NCBI GenBank assembly: GCA_965213925.1
Contig: OZ243927.1
Location: 1,120,001 to 1,184,000 of the forward strand
Length of the DNA: 64,000 nt
Source of the DNA: Trueperaceae bacterium
GTDB lineage: Bacteria; Deinococcota; Deinococci; Deinococcales; Trueperaceae
Reading direction: 5' to 3'
Part shown: positions 41,192-48,875 of the stretch, in pieces
How positions within the stretch are numbered: position 1 is the first letter of the stretch
How the letters are laid out: each line of letters opens with the position of its first letter
The notes under the pieces: generated by a model
Told to the model about the DNA's origin: nothing
The model's database searches: none
What the model saw: only the letters and a program-made list of their open reading frames with translations
Position numbers and translations under genes: made by a program

Positions 41192-41752
41192 TCAGACAGT
41201 TTGTTCTGCGTGCTTGCCTTCAGCAAACTCCTCGATCATCTTGGCGTTAAAGGCGGGCAAGTCGTCGGGATTACGGCTGGTGACGAGCCCCTGGTCGGTG
41301 ACGACCTCTTGATCCACCCAGTTCGCGCCAGCGTTTTTAAGGTCGGTTTTGATGCTCGGGTAGGAGGTCACTTTGCGGTCCTTGACGACATCTGCCTCGA
41401 CTAAAAGCCAGGGACCGTGGCAAATCGCGGCGACGGGCTTATGTGCCTTGAAAAAGTCTCTCACGAACGAGACCGCTTTCTCTTCGGTGCGGAGCTTGTC
41501 GGGGTTGATCTGCCCGCCCGGTAAGAGGAGCCCGTCGTAGTCGGCAACTTCGGCGTTCTCGAGCTTGACGTCCACACTGAATTCGTCGCCCCAATCGGTG
41601 GACGCCCAGCCTGTCACCTTGCCCTCTTTCGGCGAGACGATGTCAACTTGTGCGCCCGCGTCTTGCAGCGCCTTCATCGGCTCGGTGAGTTCGACCTGTT
41701 CGAAGCCGTCCGTGACGAGCGCGGCGATGCGTTTATTATCTAACTGTGCCAT
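41192..41752 (-). CDS. DJ-1/PfpI (YhbO) family deglycase/protease
   Basis: DGFEQVEL, LPGG..NPD, AICHGPW, TSRNPDDL. Confidence 0.92.
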   Translation of the reverse strand: MAQLDNKRIAALVTDGFEQVELTEPMKALQDAGAQVDIVSPKEGKVTGWASTDWGDEFSVDVKLENAEVADYDGLLLPGGQINPDKLRTEEKAVSFVRDFFKAHKPVAAICHGPWLLVEADVVKDRKVTSYPSIKTDLKNAGANWVDQEVVTDQGLVTSRNPDDLPAFNAKMIEEFAEGKHAEQTV

Positions 41753-41979
41753 ATTTCCCCCTTTGCGAGAAGTAAGTAGAATCCATATGCATGTTCCACC
41801 ATAATCCCACTAAGAGGGTGTAATTAGCGCTTTGAGAACAAAGTTTTGAGGTGTTGACGTGATATTTCGCAAAAGTGAGCTAGCTCACGCCAGAGAAATT
41901 GAGACTTCTTTCGTAAAAACTCAGAAAGAAGAAAAGAAGAGGTGAGAAGACCTCTTAATGTGAGGAAGGGCTCGAGCCC

Positions 41980-42870
41980 TCATCCAACTTGACCGAGTGG
42001 ATTCAGCGCCGGATTAAGCCCCGCCCGCTGCCTCACCGTATGTAAAACCATCTGCGGGTCCGCGTCTACCGTGCGCCTAAACGACTGACAGAGCGATTCG
42101 ACATCCTGCTCCAAAAGCTCCGGCGCGTGCTTGTTCTCTTTGACATTCACCATCTGAGGCACGTCGATAACGATCACACGTTTCTCCCACCACAAGAGAT
42201 TGTACGCCGAGTAGTCACCATGTATCTTGCCGAGTTTGAGTAAGTTCACCATGATGTCTAAGCTCTGCTCAAAAGCGTCTTCGGCTTCTTCTGGCTCGAG
42301 CCGCAAATCCGCGAGGCGCGGCGCAGCGACGCCCGTCTCGTCGCCGATAAACTCCATCAGCACGACGCGCCCGGCTTTCGCGCATTCGTTTAAGCCCGGA
42401 CCCACGGCGGGTTTCGGCACCGGGATGCCCGCCTCATGGAGTTCCCAAAGTTGGATGTATTCGTGCAAAATCCAGAGGGCTTGTTGCACGCTAAGGCCCG
42501 TGCGCGAACGTTGCGCGATCGCTTTCTCAATCTTAGCGTCGCCGATAAAGCGTCCGTCGCGGTACACCTGGTCGTTTTTGAACGAGCGCACCGCCATGTC
42601 GCTGTAGAGCTTAGCAGCGAGGAGTCCCTGCGGACCTTCGGCGAGGTAGACCGTCGCCTCCTTGCCGCTTTTAAGCTCGCCGATGAGTTCGTTCATCGCG
42701 CCGAGTTCAAAAACGTGCTGCAAGCCGGGTTCTTCGAAGCGGGGTTCGTTTTTCTCCTTGGTTTGCTCGAGTTCCTTGACCGAGCGCCGCCCCTTGGGTT
42801 TGCGGCGGTCTTTGCGTTTGGCAAAGGATTCTTCCATATCTTCAAAGTCATCATAATCGTAGTGGGGCAA
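41980..42870 (-). CDS. RIO1 family Ser/Thr kinase
   Basis: KSGKEATVY, HGDYSAYN, IDVPQ; AGGAG RBS before the TTG start. Confidence 0.9.
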   Translation of the reverse strand: MPHYDYDDFEDMEESFAKRKDRRKPKGRRSVKELEQTKEKNEPRFEEPGLQHVFELGAMNELIGELKSGKEATVYLAEGPQGLLAAKLYSDMAVRSFKNDQVYRDGRFIGDAKIEKAIAQRSRTGLSVQQALWILHEYIQLWELHEAGIPVPKPAVGPGLNECAKAGRVVLMEFIGDETGVAAPRLADLRLEPEEAEDAFEQSLDIMVNLLKLGKIHGDYSAYNLLWWEKRVIVIDVPQMVNVKENKHAPELLEQDVESLCQSFRRTVDADPQMVLHTVRQRAGLNPALNPLGQVG

Positions 42871-43012
42871 GTAAGTTCTCCTAACAAAAATGAATTAAAA
42901 GGTGTGCAAACATTAGGTAGCTTAGGCTACCCAGGCGTCAGTCACAACCTCATTTTGAGGCTGCGCGCGCAGCAAACTACACACGTCTAATTTTCGGGTT
43001 TAGGGTATGACG

Positions 43013-43087
43013 CTATCTAGCGAAATTCAACGAGAGGACGCGCCACGCCCGCGTGTATAGATTCGCTGTCAAGGTTCTTGTGGGCAT
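43013..43087 (-). CDS. 24-aa leader peptide MPTRTLTANLYTRAWRVLSLNFAR upstream of the RIO kinase
   Basis: strong AGAAAGGGGGTGA RBS; lies between the promoter and the RIO kinase. Confidence 0.6.
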   Translation of the reverse strand: MPTRTLTANLYTRAWRVLSLNFAR

Positions 43088-43117
43088 TGCGTCACCCCCT
43101 TTCTAAAGGTTGTTGTC

Positions 43118-43147
43118 AGTATGCGCCCACGTTACATGCTTTGTCAA
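43118..43147 (-). promoter_or_regulatory. sigma70 promoter for the leader + RIO kinase transcript
   Basis: TTGACA-N18-CATACT. Confidence 0.7.
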
Positions 43148-43257
43148 CTTGTTTGAGGGCGCGATATTGGGGAAGCAGTTGAATATAACGTTCATCTAAC
43201 AGACATGTGCTAAAGTAATTCGAGCTACAAAATCAAGTACTGAGAGAGGAAGTTATT

Positions 43258-43461
43258 ATGACGAGAGGCAACCTTAGGAATGCTTTGATTGCTGGCGTAA
43301 TAGCCGCCGTGCTCTACATCCTCTTCTCAGCCTTGTTTGCCGAGGCGAGTGTTGGCTCGAGCCTCGTCACCTCTCTAATCTACGGCGTGGTGACTTTTGC
43401 GATTACGCTAATCGTCTCGAGTCTTCTTTCAAACCGCTCGAAAAACAAGCGCGATCCCTGA
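43258..43461 (+). CDS. small 2-TM membrane protein
   Basis: GAGGA RBS; two hydrophobic helices and a basic tail. Confidence 0.7.
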   Translation: MTRGNLRNALIAGVIAAVLYILFSALFAEASVGSSLVTSLIYGVVTFAITLIVSSLLSNRSKNKRDP

Positions 43462-43534
43462 CGCGTAAGCTCTCACGCTACATACTTCGCCGCCTCATCA
43501 TGGCTATGCTAATGGGCACTTTTGAGGAGGAATC

Positions 43535-44557
43535 ATGCACTACAAACGACTCGGCAACAGCGGTCTCATCGTCTCAGACCTCTCGCTCGGCACGATGATT
43601 TTCGGCGAAGAGGGTCCGAGAGGTACGTCCAAAGAGGACGCCACCAACATTATTCACCGCTTTTTGGATGCGGGCGGCAACTTCATCGACACGGCGGACG
43701 TTTACGTGGGCGGACGCTCCGAAGAGATCGTCGGCGAAGCGATTAAGGAGCGGCGCGATGAGGTCATCTTAGCGACGAAGGTGCGCTTCCCGACGGGAGA
43801 GGGCAAGAATGAGGTGGGACTTTCGCGCCACCACATTTTGAACGGCGTCAAAGAGAGCTTAAAGCGTCTGAACACGGACCGAATCGACCTCTTGTACGTG
43901 CATTGCTGGGACCCCTTTACGCCTTTAGAGGAAACCCTCCGCGCCCTAGATACCCTCGTCGAACACGAGCACGTGCGCTACATCGGCGTGTCGAACTTCA
44001 AGGCGTGGCAGCTCATGAAAGCGCTCAGCGTGAGCGACGCGCACGGCTGGAGCCGCTTCGTGGCGGGGCAGTATCAGTACAGCTTGGTCAAGCGCGACAT
44101 CGAGCATGAATTTAGCGACCTAGCGCTCTCCGAGGGCGTCGGACTCACGCCCTGGGGACCGCTCGGCGGCGGCTTCTTGTCGGGAAAATACAAGCGAGAC
44201 GAAAAACCCGAAAACCCGGAAGAGGGGCGCATCGCCACGACGGGCGACGCTAACGAGGAGTCGTGGGAACGCCGCAACACGGAGCAGAATTGGCGCATCT
44301 TAGAGGTTGTAGAAGAGGTCGCCCAAGCGCACGGCGCGAGCGTGCCGCAGGTGGCATTAGCTTGGTTGAGGCAAAGGGAAGAGGTCTCGAGCGTCATTTT
44401 GGGCGTAAGAACGATGGCGCAGTTAGAGGATAATTTGGGCGCGGCTGATCTGACGTTGAGCGAAGAGGAGAGGGCGAAGCTGGATGAGGTGAGCGCCTTG
44501 CCAGAACTCTACCCTTACCGGATGATTCGGGATTATGGAGCGCGGACGCTAGATTGA
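43535..44557 (+). CDS. aldo/keto reductase
   Basis: LGTMIFG, FIDTADVY, LATKV, IGVSNF. Confidence 0.93.
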   Translation: MHYKRLGNSGLIVSDLSLGTMIFGEEGPRGTSKEDATNIIHRFLDAGGNFIDTADVYVGGRSEEIVGEAIKERRDEVILATKVRFPTGEGKNEVGLSRHHILNGVKESLKRLNTDRIDLLYVHCWDPFTPLEETLRALDTLVEHEHVRYIGVSNFKAWQLMKALSVSDAHGWSRFVAGQYQYSLVKRDIEHEFSDLALSEGVGLTPWGPLGGGFLSGKYKRDEKPENPEEGRIATTGDANEESWERRNTEQNWRILEVVEEVAQAHGASVPQVALAWLRQREEVSSVILGVRTMAQLEDNLGAADLTLSEEERAKLDEVSALPELYPYRMIRDYGARTLD

Positions 44558-44582
44558 GGGCGGGCTGGGGGCTTCAAACGTA

Positions 44583-44684
44583 AGCAATGAGTAGAAAGTA
44601 AGCAATGAGTACCGAGCAATGAGTAAAAATCTTTCCCACTCATTGCTCGCCGTTCGTCCAGCTTGACTGGATTGCTTTCAACTC
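44583..44684. repeat. REP-like hairpin repeat, copy 2 (AGCAATGAGT family)
   Basis: three agcaatgagt units, cgagcaatgagt/actcattgctcg stem, ttgctttcaactc tail. Confidence 0.85.
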
Positions 44685-44695
44685 GTTGCTTGTCC

Positions 44696-46156
44696 CTAAC
44701 CCACTCCCACCGACACATCCAGCACCAGGGGCACCAAGAAATACATCGCCAGAAACACAATGCCGATGGTCAATATGTTCAAGATTGCGCCCGCCTTCAC
44801 CATATCTTGAATGCGCAAGCCCTCGTACGCAAAGACGATGGCGTTGGGCGGTGTGGCGACGGGCATCATAAACGCCATCGACGCGGACACCGCAACCGGT
44901 ACGACGAGCAGCAAGGGGCTCTGCCCCAGCCCAACTGCCGCCGCGCCCATGATGGGCAAGAAGGTCGCCGCCGTCGCCGTGTTCGAGGTAAGTTCGGTCA
45001 GGAAGATGATTACCACGCTCACCACCAAGACGATGAGCCAGATGTTGATGTTTTGCAGTCCGCTGACGCCGTTGCCGATGGATTCCGCCAAGCCCGTACT
45101 GCCGAACGCACTTGCCAACGCCAAGCCGCCACCGAAGAGGAGCAGCACGCCCCAGGGGATGTCAGCGGCTGACGCCCAGTCGAGGGCGAACTCACGCTCT
45201 TTGAGTGAGACGGGAACGGCGAAAAGAGCAACGGACGCGGCGATGGCAACGCCCGTGTCGGAGAGGTTCAAGCCTAAAACTCCTGTGATAAAGTCGCCAG
45301 AAATCCAGCATAAAGCTGTGAGCACAAAGATGGTGAGGACGACCTTCTCACCCCGGCTCATCGCGCCGAGTTCGTCCACTTCATCTTGAATCACGTCGCT
45401 CGCGCCGCTGAGTTGCATCCCGCTAATCGGAAACGCGAAGCGCGTCAGCCACACCCAAACGACGGGTAGCATTACCAGCATAATCGGCACGCCGATGAGC
45501 ATCCAGGTGCTGAAGTTGATATTGACCTGATAGGTGTCCGACAAAAAGCTCGCCATGAGACCGTTCGGCGGGGTGCCGATGAGCGTGGCAACGCCGCCGA
45601 TCGAGGCGCTATAGGCAATTCCCAACATGAGCGCCACCCCGAAGTTGCGCACCTTCGCCGCGTCGTCGCTGTGGTCTTCGATGTAGTCGATTAAAGAGAT
45701 ACCCACCGCGAACATCATGACTGACGTCGCCGTGTTCGAAATCCACATGGACAAAAACGCCGTGGCGATCATGAACCCGCCGATGATGCCGCCTGGACTC
45801 GTCCCGACGACGCGCACGATGTTCAGCGCGATGCGGCGGTGCAGCCCCCAACGCTGCATGGCGGCGGCGATGAGAAAGCCGCCTAAGAAGAGGAAGATAA
45901 GGGGGTCGGCGTAGCTCGCGGCGATGGGGTCTTCCTCGGCGATACCCAAGAGAGGCATCATCGGAATCGGGATGAGGGCGGTCGCGGCGAGCGGGATGAC
46001 TTCGCTCAGCCACCACGTCGCCATCCAGAGCGTCAGCCCTACCAAGCGCCACGCAGGGTCGGAGAGACCCGCCGGGGCGGGGAAGATGAAAGGGATGACG
46101 CATAGCAGCGGTCCTGCTACGAGCGCGATGCGTCTGCCTAAGCCGAGTCCTTGCAT
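44696..46156 (-). CDS. DASS/SLC13 Na+-coupled anion (dicarboxylate/sulfate) symporter
   Basis: WISNTAT, IGTPPN, TSNTAT, PVATPPN motifs. Confidence 0.92.
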   Translation of the reverse strand: MQGLGLGRRIALVAGPLLCVIPFIFPAPAGLSDPAWRLVGLTLWMATWWLSEVIPLAATALIPIPMMPLLGIAEEDPIAASYADPLIFLFLGGFLIAAAMQRWGLHRRIALNIVRVVGTSPGGIIGGFMIATAFLSMWISNTATSVMMFAVGISLIDYIEDHSDDAAKVRNFGVALMLGIAYSASIGGVATLIGTPPNGLMASFLSDTYQVNINFSTWMLIGVPIMLVMLPVVWVWLTRFAFPISGMQLSGASDVIQDEVDELGAMSRGEKVVLTIFVLTALCWISGDFITGVLGLNLSDTGVAIAASVALFAVPVSLKEREFALDWASAADIPWGVLLLFGGGLALASAFGSTGLAESIGNGVSGLQNINIWLIVLVVSVVIIFLTELTSNTATAATFLPIMGAAAVGLGQSPLLLVVPVAVSASMAFMMPVATPPNAIVFAYEGLRIQDMVKAGAILNILTIGIVFLAMYFLVPLVLDVSVGVG

Positions 46157-46325
46157 AAGACCTCCTCTTAACCTCTAGTTTGTTAAGTAGGACACTTTAC
46201 GCTTAGGGGGGAAGGAGGTCAAGGCTCGAGGCTCAGTAAGGCGCACAGATTGTTAGTAGAGAACACTTGCCTGGATGTAACCAAACATTCAGAAATTGCT
46301 TATCGACCTGACACTATCTTGACAT

Positions 46326-46359
46326 ATAGACCACCATCTATTGATAGACTTTTATCTAT
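46326..46359. promoter_or_regulatory. tandem ArsR-type operators
   Basis: two ATAGA-N6-TCTAT palindromes (46326-46341 and 46344-46359) overlapping the TAGACT -10 box and the start codon. Confidence 0.75.
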
Positions 46360-46669
46360 GAGTTACTTATCCGATAAGTTCAAGGTGCTCGCGGACCCCA
46401 CGCGCCTCAGCATTCTCGAGTTTTTACACGCTCCTGTTCAAAGTTGTTGCTCCCGCGAAGAGGGCGTGTGCGGTTGCGATCTGGAAACCTTTTTAGGGCT
46501 CAAACAACCGACGATTAGCCATCACATGAAGCAGCTCGAGCGGGCGGGTTTCGTTACCGGAGAGCGGCGCGGACGTTGGGTCTTTTATGAACTGGTTCCT
46601 GGTGCTTTTAGAGAAGTTAAAGATGTGCTCGAGAGGTTTGAAGGCGTACCAGAAAAGGCGTGTTCCTAA
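46358..46669 (+). CDS. arsR: ArsR/SmtB family repressor
   Basis: LADPTRLSIL, CC..VCGCDL, QPTISHH, GRWVFY; start set at ATG 46358. Confidence 0.9.
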   Translation: MSYLSDKFKVLADPTRLSILEFLHAPVQSCCSREEGVCGCDLETFLGLKQPTISHHMKQLERAGFVTGERRGRWVFYELVPGAFREVKDVLERFEGVPEKACS

Positions 46670-47122
46670 GTGCGCCTACTCGTTTTGTGTTCGCATAATT
46701 CTGCCCGTAGTCAGATGGCGGAAGGTTGGCTCAGACACTACGCTGAAACATTTGGCTTAGACGCTGAGGTTTTTTCGGCTGGTACTGAAAAGACCGCCGT
46801 GAAACCGGACGCGGTAACGGTCATGCAAGAGGTGGGCGTCGATTTGAGCGCTCATACCTCTAAAACCCTCGCAGACCTACCCGACATGTGGAACTTCGCC
46901 GTGGTCCTAACTGTTTGCGACAGCGCAAACGAAGCGTGTCCCGCTTATCCTGCCCGCACGACCCGCTTGCACGTCTCATTTCCTGACCCTTCAGGCGAAT
47001 CTTTGGACCGCTGGCGGGACGTTCGTGACGCTTTGAGAACGAGCTGCAAAACGCTTGTTGAAATGCTCAAAGCTGGTGATACTCCCACCGAGAAAGCGCT
47101 CAACCCGCAAGCGACGACGTGA
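46670..47122 (+). CDS. arsC: arsenate reductase (LMW-PTP fold)
   Basis: CSHNSARSQMAE P-loop, VCD..EACP, FPDP. Confidence 0.88.
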   Translation: MRLLVLCSHNSARSQMAEGWLRHYAETFGLDAEVFSAGTEKTAVKPDAVTVMQEVGVDLSAHTSKTLADLPDMWNFAVVLTVCDSANEACPAYPARTTRLHVSFPDPSGESLDRWRDVRDALRTSCKTLVEMLKAGDTPTEKALNPQATT

Positions 47123-47820
47123 GCCTAAGAATCTGGTTGGCAGAACTTATCGGTACGTTTGCGCTCGTATTCGTAGGCGTCGCAGCGATAGCGTCAGGAG
47201 CAAGTAGTTTAGCGGTTGCGCTCGCTTTCGGCCTGACGGTTTCGGTGATGATTGCGGCTGTTGGAGCCCTCTCATTCGCCCACTTCAATCCCGCTGTGAC
47301 CGTCGGTTTTTGGGTGATGAGGCGCGTGAGCTTTCGAAACCTCTTACTCTACTGGAGCGCTGAACTTTCAGGGGCGGTGCTGGCTGTACTCTTACTGCGA
47401 ACGACTTATGGTTCAGAACGCCTGGACGCCGTTCGCTACGGCGCGACACTGCTTGCGCCCGAGGTATCCACTGCACAAGGCGTCGCCACAGAGGTTGTGC
47501 TAACGTTCTTTCTGATGTTTGTCATTGCGACCTGCGTCATCCAGAAACAGGCTCAGGCGGGTCTCTATATCGGTTTTACCGTAGCCTTGTGCGCGGTTGC
47601 AGGTGGCACGCTGACGGGCGCGTCCATGAACCCTGCGAGGAGCTTTGCACCCGCACTTTTTGCGGGAAGTTGGTCACAGCACTGGCTCTATTGGTTTGCG
47701 CCTATACTTGGAGCGATTTTGGCCTCGCTTATGGCAACGTATCTGTGGCAGCCTAAACCTAAGTTGGAAGCGGGGCAAAGTTCGGCGTTACAGCGAGTTA
47801 GTGATTCGAAAAGGGTATAG
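47119..47820 (+). CDS. MIP/aquaporin channel (probable arsenite channel)
   Basis: AELIGT, HFNPAVT and SMNPARS NPA boxes; cotranscribed with arsR-arsC. Confidence 0.88.
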   Translation: MSLRIWLAELIGTFALVFVGVAAIASGASSLAVALAFGLTVSVMIAAVGALSFAHFNPAVTVGFWVMRRVSFRNLLLYWSAELSGAVLAVLLLRTTYGSERLDAVRYGATLLAPEVSTAQGVATEVVLTFFLMFVIATCVIQKQAQAGLYIGFTVALCAVAGGTLTGASMNPARSFAPALFAGSWSQHWLYWFAPILGAILASLMATYLWQPKPKLEAGQSSALQRVSDSKRV

Positions 47821-47858
47821 CTTAGAGAAGAAAGCTGCTTAGAGGCTACAATAAAAAT

Positions 47859-48659
47859 ATGGAAGTCTACTTAGGCACCGGCGGCTACTCCAACGACGAC
47901 TGGCTCGGCAAACTCTACCCCGAGGGCACAAAATCCTCGGATTATCTAGGCATCTACGCCCAGCACTTCAACGCCGTCGAACTCAACAGCAGCTTCTACG
48001 CCATCCCTGGCTTAAAAGCCTTCGAGGGCATGGTGCGCAAGAGCGAGGCGAAGGTGCGTTTCGCGGTGAAACTCAACAAGGTGATAACGCACGACCGGAA
48101 GGCGGACGCGGAGCTTTACAAGAGGATGCTCGAGTCCGTTCAACCCTTACGCGACGCCGGAATGCTCGGACCCTTCTTAGCGCAGTTCCCTTACTCCTTT
48201 CACCGCACCCCTGAAAATCGTAAGTATTTGGCGGGCTTAGTCGAGCACTTCAAAGACGAGCGCTTAGCCGTCGAGTTTCGCAATCAACAGTGGGACATGG
48301 ATGAGGTGAGGGAAAGCTTCAAGGAGATGGGTCTCGTTTATGTGAGCGTGGACTATCCGCAGGTGAGCGGGATGCCTGCGCCGCAGCTCTACCTTACCTC
48401 GGATACGGCGTACGTGAGGATGCACGGGCGCAACGAGAAGAATTGGTACGGCGGCGATAGCGCGGCGGCGCGGCACGACTATCTTTACAACAAAGATGAA
48501 CTGCGCGAGTGGGTCACGGATATTCTAGCGCGGCAAGAGGAACTCACGCAGGTCTACGTCATGATGATGAACACGACGAAAGGTCACGCCCTTAAAAATT
48601 TGGCGACGCTCAAAACGCTCTTTGAAGAGGGTGGCGTCGAGGTGGGCATCAATCCTTAG
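47859..48659 (+). CDS. DUF72 domain protein
   Basis: GTGGYS..W, VELNSSFY, QFPYSF, VEFR, RMHGRN, YLY. Confidence 0.9.
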   Translation: MEVYLGTGGYSNDDWLGKLYPEGTKSSDYLGIYAQHFNAVELNSSFYAIPGLKAFEGMVRKSEAKVRFAVKLNKVITHDRKADAELYKRMLESVQPLRDAGMLGPFLAQFPYSFHRTPENRKYLAGLVEHFKDERLAVEFRNQQWDMDEVRESFKEMGLVYVSVDYPQVSGMPAPQLYLTSDTAYVRMHGRNEKNWYGGDSAAARHDYLYNKDELREWVTDILARQEELTQVYVMMMNTTKGHALKNLATLKTLFEEGGVEVGINP

Positions 48660-48875
48660 ACCCGCCGCGGCTCCCGCGAGCCGCCCCTACACTTTAGACG
48701 TAAGGCTTTCTCGAGTCACCTCTATCCTGTTAGACTGGGCAGCGACACTCGAGTGAGATAGTTCACGCACTGCACCGTCCTTGTCGTGCGGTTTCTATCT
48801 CGCGAACGAATCTATAGGAGGTTGGGTGACGTGAGCGATATGTGGCGGGGTCTATAGCAAGATGACCGTACTTTT

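Noticed and set aside
44663..45389. Long antisense ORFs (e.g. 44663-45172, 44811-45389; likewise 52283-52903, 23725-24207)
   Set aside because: Shadow frames of well-supported genes in GC-rich DNA
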